Part shown: positions 36,793 through 48,511 of the stretch, piece by piece
Position numbering within the stretch: the stretch's first letter is position 1
Layout: each line of letters starts with the position of its first letter
Origin: Trypethelium eluteriae
Lineage: Eukaryota
NCBI GenBank assembly: GCA_051942245.1
Contig: JAVECL010000112.1
Location: 1-51,126, forward strand
Direction of reading: 5' to 3'
DNA length: 51,126 bases
Notes under the pieces: generated by a model
What the model was told of the DNA's origin: nothing
Databases searched by the model: none
Seen by the model: the letters and a program-made list of their open reading frames with translations, nothing else
Position numbers and translations under genes: made by a program

Positions 36793-37690
36793 TGCGACGG
36801 TTGGAGTGTAACCGGTACACGGCAGAGAGAACACACCAGCCTGACAGGGCCATTTTGAACTCCAAGGCCTGATAAATATTATTTAGGGATGTATGTCATG
36901 GAGCGACGTCAACCAGATCCGCTGCAAGTGAGCGGCACTCTGACAGACAAATTAGGAAGGTCCTTGGCATTTTATCGGCCACTAAACAGGGCGAGGTTGC
37001 TCGGGCACAGTGGACTCTCACACACCCCTCTCCATGATGGATCAGTAGAAATTTCGCCGAAGGCCTGCAGAGCATCAGCTAGATTGGTAGAGCTAGGAGG
37101 AGCCCTCGATCGACCATGGGATAGCTCATAGCGGTAGGCAAATTCGGCCCATCTAGACAAAAAATCTTGCAGATGATCTCTTAGAGAGCGGCGACGGCTT
37201 GCGTTTTGTGCAGACAGTATCGACTCAGTTTTGCCTGTTCGTAGCATGTAAGCACTTGCTCCCGCAATGCCGGGATAAGCTAATTTGCTGCTACTGAGCG
37301 CAAGTGGACCCATGAGTCCGAATTCGCACATACGTATACATAATGTAGGTAGGGAGTACTGCTACATCCGCCGACCATTCAGGTAACCTTTTGGTGGGGA
37401 TGTAATGATCATGGTGGCGCCGGTGAAAGGTTCAGCAACTCTCTACTCTAGAGATTAGACTTCTCGTCTGACACTTGTCTGAAAATCTACAGCCAACAAC
37501 ACGCTTTGGGCTGGCTGACATATCTTCCGGTGAACTATGACCCCGCATGTAGTCAGCCTCCAGAGTTCTCTAATGTAATTCCAGCCGATTCAAGGCATCT
37601 TTATGGCTCTGAACAATGGAATACCGACAGAACGCATACGAGTAAGCTTCTCAGCAGGACACGATTTGTGAGCAGGAATTAGTTCAATAG

Positions 37691-37708
37691 AAAAAAAAAA
37701 AAAAAAAA
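37691..37708. repeat. Poly(A)18 tract in the divergent permease/SUN intergenic region
   Basis: 18 consecutive A. Confidence 0.95.
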
Positions 37709-39304
37709 GGAAAAACTCATAAATTAGACGCGGGAGCCAATTAAAGTTTTTGGCACTTCTGAAGGGCGGAACGCAAGAAGCGGGACGGGGCGAGCCAGTG
37801 CTGTGGCCATTGACAAACTCAAAACGGCACCCGCCTTAGGTAATTAGGAGTCTCTCAATGATGTACTGCAACAAAGAGTATGGAGTAGCTGGCATGTCAA
37901 GGCTCCAATAACCATTGTGGTATTGACTTATCAGTGTTATCTTCAAGCGATCTATAGGGTGACCTTACTACACGTATTTTGAGGCGCGCGAGATCTTGAT
38001 TCGCATATACACAGAAGCGGGAGTTCTCTAGTGCATGCATGTAGAGTCTCTAATGCCCATGTGTTGATCGGATTCCTGCAGTGCCAGCAGAGTAAAGCGA
38101 AGAGCTTCCCGAACTATTTTCGGGACCTGAGCCAAGCATCCTTCCGAGCGGCTGAAGTTGGTCGGGATGCAAGCAAACGCGACGCTTCTTTGCATACCCT
38201 CACATGCGACGAGAGTACATGGGACAGGTTTTGGTGTTCCACAATGTTTGTTTGGATCTTGGGCATGTGAGGCGTCCGGCAAGACTTCCAACATAAGGCA
38301 ATCCGTACTAAGTTCAATCATTCGTTCGGTAGCGAAAGATGCCAGAAGGCAGAAGCACTATTACGTAGAGGACCAATTAGCAGCCAAAACGGAAGTTATG
38401 ATCGCTGGGATAAACAGTGCACCAATGGGATGCAGCTAGACTGTTTTGTTTACCCGCAGCAACAAGAGCATGAAGGTCGGAATGCTCCCCTTGCAGAAAA
38501 GCTTGGCTAGTGTCAGGCACCGCCCTCCCATTGGTGGGCGGCGAGGACCATAGCCCACCGCTGTGCTAGCGCGACGTTTCTCGACACGGCGGTACTAAAC
38601 AGTTTCGTGGGGCCACTCCGTAGGGTACCATCGTACCTTCCAGGGTGGTTCGCGGTGACACAGGAGACGTGGAGGCACTATAGCAAGCTGAGGAACAGCT
38701 TCGCGTGTTAGCAGGTTAGCAGGCGGGAGTGGTTGGATGTTATTGAATCGAGGGTCGGGGAAATTAGAGCAGTGCAAGTAGCGAGATAACAATCAGTTGC
38801 GGGGCGGGTGATTGGTGAGCGGTCGGCAGTGTCGGTGATCTTGGCGGGCGCCCGGGGAGCTTACGGTGGGCTCGCGGTGGGCTCATTTCGGCCCACCTGC
38901 AGTAGCGCCTTCTCCATTCGGTCTTCACAAAAAGCTAGGAGCTAGGGTCATAGCATTCACTTCCCCTTTCCCCCGATCTTTTACTCTCCCTCCACCCTTT
39001 ACCATTAATCTTCACAACACTCAGCTCGCCAGCGCTGCCTCAAGCCTGCTCTATTCCACCTACTCCACGGGGCATCTGTCTCCAGTCCATTCATTCTTTT
39101 GGAATATCACTGCAGCAGCCTAGTCACTCATTCAACACTACGCGCCCTTCGCCAACCACCGCCTCTCACAACATTCCAGGCCGAATCCCTTCTTCGACCG
39201 ATTGACGAGAGCACGGAGCTGCGACGCCTTCCTCTCCATCATTACGAACTCACTTCAACTATTCCAATAGAACCTACATTCCTTTCGCCTCGATAGGATT
39301 TGCA

Positions 39305-40758
39305 ATGAAGTTTACGACGGTCTCAGTCCTGTTCGCGACCGCGGGCTTGGTTGCCGCCCAACCCCACAATCACAATCACAGGCACGTCCATCCTGCCAAG
39401 CGTGACGGCTCGGTCCAGTACGATGTCGTTCACGTCGTCATGTACGAACTGAATGGCCAGCCCATCTCCAAGGCAGAGGTCGATGAGGGTCTGAAGAACG
39501 GCACGCTTGTCCTCGCAGCTAATGGCGAAGTCTCTTCTGTTGCCGCTGCTCCAGCTGCCCCTGCGACTTCGGCCGCTGCTCCATCTTACTCTAGTGCCTC
39601 AGTCGCAGCTCCACCAGCAGCCAACTACCAGTCGAAGCCTGCTGCATCGGCTCCGGCCTACTCAGCGCCGGCCTACTCAGCTCCTGCTTCCTCTTCATCC
39701 TCTTCCTCTTCGACTGGTAGCAACTTCGGCAGCGATGGTGGTGCCAGCGGCAGTGACGGAGACTGGTCAAACGCAGTCGGCCCTGGCATCGACGAGGACT
39801 TCCCCGACGGCCAGCTCAGCTGCGATCAATTCCCCTCAAAATACGGTGCCAAGGCTGTTTCGTGGATGAACCTCGGTGGCTGGGCGGGAGTTCAGATACC
39901 TGGCGGCGGATTCCCAGGACTCAACAAGGGCGCTATCACCGACTTCAGCACCCAGGTCTCGTCTGGTTGTAGCGATGGCAACTGCTGTGCTTCTGGCGCA
40001 TTCTGCTCGTATGCCTGCCCCGCCGGCTATCTCAAGTCTCAATGGCCCGCTGGCAACCAAGGTCAGACCGGCCAAAGTGTTGGCGGTATCTACTGCAATC
40101 CTTCTGACAACAAGCTCTACCTCACCAACCCAACCCTTTCCAAGAAGCTCTGCATCACTGGCGCATCGCAAGTCAATGTCAACATCGCCAGCTCCTTGAA
40201 GGATGACGTTGCTGTTTGCCGCACCGATTACCCTGGACAGGAAAACATGAATATTCCTACCGCGGCCATTGGTGGCAGTGGATCAAACGAGACCACACCA
40301 CTTGCTTGCGTCTCTGGAAGCAGCTACTACCATTGGCAGGGCGCAAACGACAACGCCAACTACGCCACCAGCGGTCAGTACTATGTCAATCCGTCCAAGT
40401 ACAGTGTGTCTGAGGGTTGCTGGTGGAACAATGCCGGAACGCCCGCTGGTAACTTTGCGCCCGTCATTCTCGGTGTGGGTGTCGACGCCAGCAACAAGGG
40501 CTGGTTTGCTATCCAGAGCAACTCTCAAAAACCCGACGGCGCCGAACTCGACTTTGGAATCCGGGTTGAAAGCAATGACGGTACCAACTTCTGCGAATAC
40601 ACGCCTGGCAAGGGTTTCACCAACGTTCTCGGTACTAACTCCCAGGGATGCACTGTAAGTCTCATCACTACGCTACCATCCCTATCAAGGCTAATTTTTC
40701 TCTACAGGTGGAGATCGACTCCGGAGACGTCACGTACAACTTCTTCCCCTCGTCATAA
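39305..40758 (+). CDS. Secreted SUN-family (Sim1/Uth1/Nca3/Sun4, GH132) beta-1,3-glucanase-like protein; exons 39305-40654, 40708-40758
   Basis: Signal peptide, His-rich propeptide with KR, Ser/Ala linker, FPDGQLSCDQFPSKYGA, CSYACPAGYLKSQWP, SVGGIYC, CRTDYPG, YYVN, GNFAP. Intron 40655-40707. Confidence 0.95.
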
Positions 40759-41001
40759 TCGGGTCACGCCCTGGACGACTTTCTTTCCTTCACTGTTGAA
40801 TTTACGCATGCCATTCTAATGTATTTTTTCTCTCATGGGCTCTTTCGCAACGCTCGTCTCTTTTACAGAGTGGGCCAGGCAAGCAACACTTGTACAATGG
40901 GCGCCCAGTTGCTACACTTTGCGCCTTCGAACCCCACACACAAAATCCTTTTTCCGCGTCCTACATGTTTCTTTACCCCTGCAAGGACCAGGGGCAGGCA
41001 A

Positions 41002-41029
41002 CTCTCTCTCTCTCTCTCTCTCTCTCTCT
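41002..41029. repeat. (CT)14 microsatellite downstream of the SUN gene
   Basis: Perfect CT dinucleotide run. Confidence 0.95.
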
Positions 41030-42462
41030 TGCTCGAGGCACATTGGCTTGAGTTTGCCTCTTGCTGGCTGCCGTTGCTTGGGCACTGATGACGAAGCGTT
41101 AGGTGTTGGCGGAATGACGAGGACCGGTTCTTTTCTCTGCGATCTCTCCGACGGAACGATCTAGAGCACTGCTTGTTCCCAAGCCCACTTTTCCCTTTCT
41201 GCTCTTTCTTCTCAGCGCTGGCAAATGTGGTAGTGTTTATATGACGGGGCAAATGGAGAGGAGGGGAAGGGTGGGGCGGAATGTGATACCTGATCCTGCA
41301 ACGGCAGATCTGCTTCTTGAATTAGTGTCAATGTCTATTGCAATTACTTACGCTCTGCTCCCCCTTTTATGTCGACACGTGATGAAATGCCTGGAGAGTT
41401 TGATGCGACTTCGACAATGGTGGGCATAATTGTCCTGGTGCCCTGTGTGGTGTGCATGAGTGCACGGTCGATCCGCGATGATCCTCATCTACGGAGCATT
41501 CCGGACGGGATATTAAAACTTCACCTCTGCTGTGATGCCATGCTCAGACAGGTTAAGAGACCGTGCGTAAATCCTTGGCACCTCATGGCTCAGGAGCTAA
41601 TTCCCACGCTACTCTCAGCAATAGGAGGGAGCGGATGGTCCCTGAAGACGCGACCCTTGTGTTTCCCCTATTTCTTATTCAAATCATCGTACTCCCGTAC
41701 TCGTAAGAACTACCTGATGGTTGGGTTAGATTCAGGGTCACAATACCGACTTCTACTCTAGCGTATTTTTGCGCTGGCGTTGCACGCGCTGAAGGAGGAG
41801 GCAAATCTAGAATCAATGCTGCCATGTGCTGGCGTGCCCAGCACGCTTCCAGTGCACAAGGACGAGAATAGCGCGGAAGATTACATGCTATTAGGCCCGA
41901 ATCGCACAATGTGAGAGGCGAAATCGCCCTGGAAACGCTGCCGGTGAGATCATCGCCACAGGCGCAAACGTAGCGCTGAATGCAGTGGCACGTTTCCAAG
42001 AAGAGCAATTCGCATCGTGTCCCTTTCACTCAGTTGATTGGATGGACTGGAATTCACATCGCAGTCGGTCATGATTTTCTGGTCTAAAATAGAACACACA
42101 TCTTCTTCGCTTGCGGACGGCTCATTTTGGTTAGTGTATTGCCTTTGTCTGCTCTTTGGATAGATGTGCAAGCAGCAGAGCCTGTATCCTGTGAGACTGT
42201 TGTTACCATCACTCTAAAACAAAAGAGCTGTTTTCCCGGTTTGCTGGACACGCCCCAACTCTACCAGAGTCGAACTGGCTAACGCTCGACTCAAGAGCAC
42301 GTCAGGTGAAAAGGTTCAGACACATTCTTACCGTGGTGCAGGTGTGCATTCGGAGTAGTAGCTCTGAGAGGTGAGATGGTTCGTCAACTCTTCTATCCTA
42401 AGAATGCTAAGCCGAAAGCGAACGAAGTTTAGATGGGCTCTGGACTTCTCGAGCCAGAGCAG

Positions 42463-43578
42463 TCACACGAAGCCGCCACAGCACAGCTCCTTCCATCTTA
42501 GCTCATATCCAAAGACTGTTCGTCGTAAGATTTCATCCTAAGCATCAGATTAACAACATTGAGAAACTTATCTTACTAGGCAGAACTTACCCCTTTATCT
42601 TCGCTGAACATGACTTTATCCCCAACTCTCTGATATACTTTGTGCACCTCGAAGCCACTACGACCAGCCAGATCAAAAAACTGCATGTCCTGCTCAATAA
42701 GCCAAGGACGATGAGGGGAAAAGAAAGCCAGAGCTCGTGCGTCCGGTATGCGACGAAGAGTGTCCTGAATTGATTTGATGAGCTTCCCATGCTCGGAATG
42801 ATTAAAGACCAAGTCGGAAAGAATGATCAAGTCGAAGCCTTGAGGCACTGATCCAGGGTGTAGATGAGCCAAAAGGTCTTTTGGCGAGCGGCCCCATATG
42901 AAGCCCTCGACATGGACGTTCCGGATACTTGGGAGGAGACTGCAATGGCCCATATTGGATCGAAGGTTCTCAATCAGCTCGGCGTCGGGATAGTCGGTGC
43001 ATACTACGTGTCTCGCGCCTTTCAATGCGCAAACAAGGCTCGGGGCACCGGCTCCTGCGCCGAACTCTAGGACATTTTTCCCATTAACTAAGGTATCTGC
43101 TCGCTCTTCTACGTAGTGGGCAATGACATGTCCTGCATTGAAGAGAAGATGGCCCTGTTTCTCACCGTTAGCAGAATGCTGTCGTACCGCTCAGCAGATT
43201 TTTCGAGTCAATGCTTACTGGAGTATGCGCTAGATCCTTGTCGAATCCATAGGACTGCTCCAGAGGGTTAAAAGGGAGATGGGGGTTCGAAGGAAATCCA
43301 ATCTCAAAGCACGAATCTACACGAATCTCTACAACAGCCGAAGCCATATGGTTGCTTACTGTTGGGCGCCCCAGTTGAAAGAGGAATTCTGCGTCCTGGA
43401 GCTGCAGCGAGTATGAAAGAAATTATAAGCTCACCCATAGTGGACTGTGGCCCACAAGACGCAAAGTCAGCACTTCGCCTGATCTCATGGTATGCGTTTC
43501 CGTGGTCCCAGGCTTCTCCACCTCATAGAAGCCGTCTGGCTCCTTGAATATGTCGATGCCATCTTCGACATCCAGCAT
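42463..43578 (-). CDS. EFM7: Protein N-terminal/lysine methyltransferase Efm7 (Nnt1), methyltransferase family 16; exons 43578-43435, 43154-42591, 42537-42463
   Basis: LRLVGHSPLW|GHLLFNA, motif I VLEFGAGAG, VVCTDYPD, GFIWG, FDLIILSDLVFNHSEH, FFSPHRP, MFSEDKG|DEILRRTVFGY. Introns 43434-43155 and 42590-42538. Confidence 0.93.
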
Positions 43579-44436
43579 TTTAGGCGATGCAAGTGTAACG
43601 AAAATTAGGAATGCTCTCGCCTGCCGCTTGATGAAGTATCCGAGGAAACGTCAATCTCACAGTACGTGCAGTCGGCTTGTTTTTCAGTGCAACCAACATT
43701 CCTTGAGGATTTTGTTTTCAAGGGCGCGAGAACATCTTCTGGCCATGCGCATGAGAAATATAAAAGGTTTGGTTGGCTCAGAGATCACGTGCCAAGCGGT
43801 GGACGTCAGATGTAGCCTCGCGGTTAATACGATAAAGAAAGTTGAGCGACTTACGCATCGCGTTTCAGTAGAAGGCCGGCCGAGTCTCCAAAGCGTCGCG
43901 CCTTATCAACACGGCCTTCGCAACTGGTCCGCCGAGTCAGATCTAACTTTCCTTCGCCCTTTCTTTCACCCATCCACCCATCAGTCAAAGTCTTTGAGGG
44001 GCTCGTACTAGTGCAGACCGGGCGACGCCGCAAAGCGAGCCGACGTCAGACCCCGGCTTACGGAGGGACTACCTACGCATTCTCTTTCAAAGACATCTCA
44101 ACACCGCAATTTCGACATCATTCGACTGCAAACGGCTGTGGCCCGAACTCGACCAGTCCTGGCTTGGCAATGCTACCCGACTCGAGTACCAAAAGTGACC
44201 TTCGTGAGCCTGGCCTCCAACCTTGAGCTTTTCATGCACTTCGTAGTAGCGGTGCATCGGCTGTTACACAATAGCCCAATTCTCGAAGGACCGTCACTCG
44301 TTGCGACTCATCTTTCTCCTGGTCAGCGTTTGATCAAAGACCAGTCCTTGACCTTTGCTGCTCCCAACCTTTCTAGAACATTGCGCAACCTCGTCCTTGT
44401 CCGTGGTTCTCCCGGCGGGATATCTCATTCACCGTG

Positions 44437-44507
44437 GTATGTCATTGGGGAGTCAATGATGTGTTTGCTGCTTTCCAATTACTAGGAATCTTCCTAATCT
44501 CGCTCAG
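44437..44507 (+). other. Probable 5'-UTR intron of the copper-fist transcription factor gene
   Basis: GTATGT donor, CTAAT branch site and CAG acceptor, 71 nt long, ending 47 nt before ATG 44555. Confidence 0.6.
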
Positions 44508-44554
44508 ACTTGACAATCGTAGTCAAACAAGCTACACCTGTGCATCTCAGCAAG

Positions 44555-46273
44555 ATGCCGGATATCCAAGATCAATTCGGCAACAATGTCAAGGTCGCCT
44601 GGTAAGATCTCTTTGTTTCAGGACGCTCTATGCCCCACCCTTCAAAAACGCTGCAACACTACGCCGATGGCGGCAAGTCTGAATTATGATACTGACATAA
44701 CACAGCGCAGCTTGCATTCGTGGTCATCGGTCATCGCAATGCAATGAGAAACACTATGACCGGATCATGGTCGCGGTCCGCAAACCTGGACGCCCTTTGA
44801 CCGCTTGTCCGCATGCGAAGGGGCAGTCTTGCACCTGCTCTTCTGCGCAAGTTACATATACTATTCCTAGAGGTATAATATCATCCATTTGAGCTAAAAC
44901 CTGACCGTCTGATGGCATTCATAGCGACGTCAAAGTGTGCCTCGGGTGCGATACAAGCAATTGCTGTATCGGCCAATGAGCCGCTTACTTCCAATCCCCA
45001 TGCTTCGTCGAACGCTCGACTCAAGCGAATGCATCAGCACAGAACGAGCAAATCCGGTACTTCGACTCCTCTGGATAAGGTAGAGACTCTAAAGAAGGAG
45101 TATTTCGAGTGGGTCTCCCCTAGCGAAAGTCCCCCATATCAAACACCACAGCTAGCGCCGGTCTCATGCTGTGGGAGGAAGTCTGTTACCGAAGAAGATG
45201 AGAGCGCTTCTCCAGCAAGCTCAGTTGCCCTGTCGACTGATGGTATATCTGATTTCCAACCTGCTGTGACCACGAATTCTGGGGATATTATTCAAGCAGT
45301 ATCGCAGCCTGAACTACCGAGCAAGGATATCGACTCATTACCGGCGTCTTCCTCATGCTGTAAGCCAAAGAGTCGCAAACGGAAACCGCATCTTCTCCAC
45401 GACCCTGCAAACAATGGACTGGATGCGAACGGGTTTCGACATGGATGTAATTGTGGACCTGGATGTATGTGCCTTGGTTGCGCGGCGCATCCACAGAACT
45501 CCACTACCATTGAATATGTCAAAGAATTGTATGATTACCAAGCCAAGGAGACCGATGAGAATACAGACTCGTTTGCGTTATCTTCGCCCTCGAGCGGTAA
45601 CACGTTCGGTTTTGATCAACCAATTTCGGGCTACCAGAATGATCCGAACGTACTTCCACCTGACCTGTACTTTCCTTATCAGTTAAACCTGTCCGGCTGC
45701 GAAAATGGGGGTTGCAGATGCGGTGAGAGCTGCACTTGCTCGGGGTGTCTGACGCACAGTGGCCACAATGGAATCTCCAGCCACATCCAAAACCCACTCC
45801 ACTTCGACCCATTCAGCATCGACATGCCACAGGCTCCGATATCGACAACGCCTTCCATCTCTTCGAATTCTTGGTCGAACTTCAACTCTCCTGTATCTTC
45901 GACTCATGGCACTTTCTCTGTCCCGAACGCTGGATTCTCTCATTCAATAGGTTCCCCGCCTCAGCCTATCTCCCAGCAGGGAGCTGGCGCCATGTCGGGC
46001 ACACGTCAATACAGCGCTTTCGGAAATCCGCCATTTCAACAATTCGACACATCCAATCCAATGCAAATCCAGACCAGCTCCCTGGACTCGTCGGCATTCT
46101 CATTAGGTCAACATTCTCAACGTCATTATCGTACTCCTTCGTCTCAGAACGAGTCCGCTATAGCTCCCGGGCGGCCGATCAACAATCAATATGGATTTTC
46201 TCATACAATGGGTCAAAGCCCCATAGGAACCCCTACTCCGAGTGCACCCTTTCAACGCACTTATGGGTTCTAG
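44555..46273 (+). CDS. Copper-fist transcription factor, Mac1/Cuf1/GRISEA type; exons 44555-44601, 44706-44872, 44925-46273
   Basis: Spliced N-terminus KVACAACIRGHRSSQC...VRKPGRPLTACPH, missed by the ORF track. Two Cys-rich motifs CNCGPGCMCLGCAAH and CRCGESCTCSGCLTH (CxCx3CxCx2Cx2H). Introns 44602-44705 and 44873-44924. Confidence 0.92.
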
Positions 46274-47463
46274 CCAACACACCTCTAATCAGAAGTTGCA
46301 TTCTTGGCAAATATTCCTTCACCATGAACTCATACATTCTTCATCCTCTCACGACCATCTTTCATTCTTTATACTCTCTGGAGCTGGGTCGGCAGGCGTT
46401 TGATAGCTCTTCATTCTTGTTATTGCAGGTCGAACCTACGAGGATGGACGAAGGGCGGCATGGTACGGTGGCATCTAAGGAATCGGAGTTAGGGAACATG
46501 TGTCTGAATCGCGGGGCGGAAAGAAGAGTGATACCTTCATGTAGGTTGCAGGCGCATTTGGAAAGGGAGCAGTCGGACGACAGTGTTCGTAGCTCTTGCT
46601 ATAGAGGTACAGATGAGGCTCCTGTAGTCTTGCTCCAAATGTTAATATGAATCCTAACGGGGAGCATTGAGTTTTTTGTATTTGCTTCAGCTCCATTTTT
46701 TGCACATGACGATGCATACTTGATTTTATAGATGGATGATGCAAGAATGAACGGGAATAAGTAACTAGAGTACGCGCAAATACAGTTTTGCTTAGACTTG
46801 CAGATTGGAGAGACTGTGAGAGAGTACTCGGACAAGGATGGAGCAGGGACCAAAATACCTCAAATTGGAGCATATGCGCTCGCTAATGCAAAACATCGAG
46901 ACGGGCCCAGACATGTTTTCGTGAGCACACTAGCAATCAACAAAGGTGGGAAGTCTGATTGGCAAGTGTGAACAGGCACTCATGCTGACAAGGCTTCGAG
47001 ATAACGTCGATTAGGTATTTATTCGGATGCTGGAGATGATAATTTTATCGCGACCAATGACTATCCACCCGAAACTTGCCGCAAACCCTCAGTCTATCCG
47101 TCTATCCATTCCTAGGGTGCAGAATTTAAGCTGCGACTATCGAAATTGAAGATCCGCGGCAGGGTGAATGTTCTCGTCCTACCTCGAGGGTCCGATAGCT
47201 ACCGAAGGCACACCACTTTTCCCGTTTCCAGAATCCTCCTTTGAGAAGTATATGTGGCAGATTGGGAATCTGGCCCTGCGGTGTCCTTGAAGAAAATTGG
47301 ACAGTATTTGCTGTCAGTTGACCCACATGCTTTCCAAGCCCTCCATTCCGACTGCAGTGACGAGATCCCCGCACCCTCACGGCAATTCTCCCATTATTCC
47401 GATTATAGTACCAGGCGAGGTACTGAAGCGTTGGGGCATGAGCTCCAAGAGCTCGCCCCAGAG

Positions 47464-48421
47464 TCAGCCCAGCTTGAGAAACTCATCATTCAAATATTCG
47501 ACGAAAAGGGATTTCAGTCGGGCTGGCTCCAAATTGTACTGCCGATTTAAGGCAACAAATGAGCGACGAAGACGTTGGAGTTGAGGGCTCGTCACTGTCG
47601 TTGCAGGAAGCTCCACGGCAACGCTGCAGTTCGGCACAGTCACCTTTCCGCCAGGTTCACCCGGATGGTTTGTCTGGTAGGAAGCAATGGTAGCCAGAAC
47701 TGCGGAAGTAGTTTTATTCAGCTCATACAGAAGGTTTGAGGGTGCTGCGGGAGTCAGCACAGTCGCAGCGTTGGGTTTGACGACCTTGACTTTGCCGTCG
47801 CTGCCCACGAGGGCATCCCAAATTTCATCGATTGGGGGGTTTTCGTCGTCGTACAACACAGTGAATAGTGGACTGTCCCAGCGAGTCATGCCATTGGGCT
47901 CTTCATATCGGAAGACCAGATTGTCGAAGTCTTCCTCAACATATCCCCCCGGCTTCGAAGGGTCATTCAGAAGAGTGTTATTGAGTTCTCGACACTTTTC
48001 CTCAGGAGTGCCGACATGGACGACACAACTGGGTGTCTGAAGCGCCTTTGCTTCACAGTACAGTTGATATCGAAAGCCTTTGATATAGTTCAAGCTGTCT
48101 GCAATGACGACGGCATCTTTACCGAGCACTCGCTTCACAGCAGAATATTCGGCGGCGCGGGCGTCTTTCTCCGGGCGAGCCGAATGGTAGACCTCTCTCG
48201 ACAGTCCTAGACTCTCGTCATTGATTAGGTGGACTGTCAGCCGAGAAATGCGTGCATCGGTGGAGTTGGCGATCTTGGCCTCGAAGGCAGATTGGAGTTG
48301 GGTGGCGCGATGGGTCTTGCCTGAGGAGGGAAACCCAGAAATAAGGAGGAGCTACAAATGGAAGATTCCTTAGCCTTATGAGTAAGACGCTAGCCGGAAG
48401 GTGCGACAAGCTTACAGGCAT
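47464..48421 (-). CDS. KTI12: Elongator-associated P-loop protein Kti12; exons 48421-48416, 48351-47464
   Basis: MP|LLLISGFPSSGKT, ARPEKDARA, VIADSLNYIKGFRYQLYCEAK, RYEEPNGMTRWDSPLF, QLQRLRRSF, FVEYLN. Intron 48415-48352. Confidence 0.97.
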
Positions 48422-48460
48422 CAGTGTTTGAGGGGATTCGTGTGGACAGACGCATCTGGG

Positions 48461-48511
48461 CAATGATGAGCACAGGTGAGCATAGATGAGGCCAGGTGAG
48501 CCCAGGTGAGC
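48461..48511. promoter_or_regulatory. Five 10-bp-phased G(A/G)TGAG units 40-90 bp upstream of KTI12
   Basis: caatgatgag cacaggtgag catagatgag gccaggtgag cccaggtgag c. Confidence 0.55.

Noticed and set aside
39359..39403. His-rich HNHNHRHVH...KR segment of the SUN protein as a novel metal-binding tag
   Set aside because: His-rich propeptides ending in KR are a usual feature of SUN-family proteins.
45736..46650. 304-aa alternative-frame ORF overlapping the copper-fist gene, and antisense ORFs over other genes
   Set aside because: Non-ATG start and no motifs; explained as shadow ORFs of the real coding sequence.
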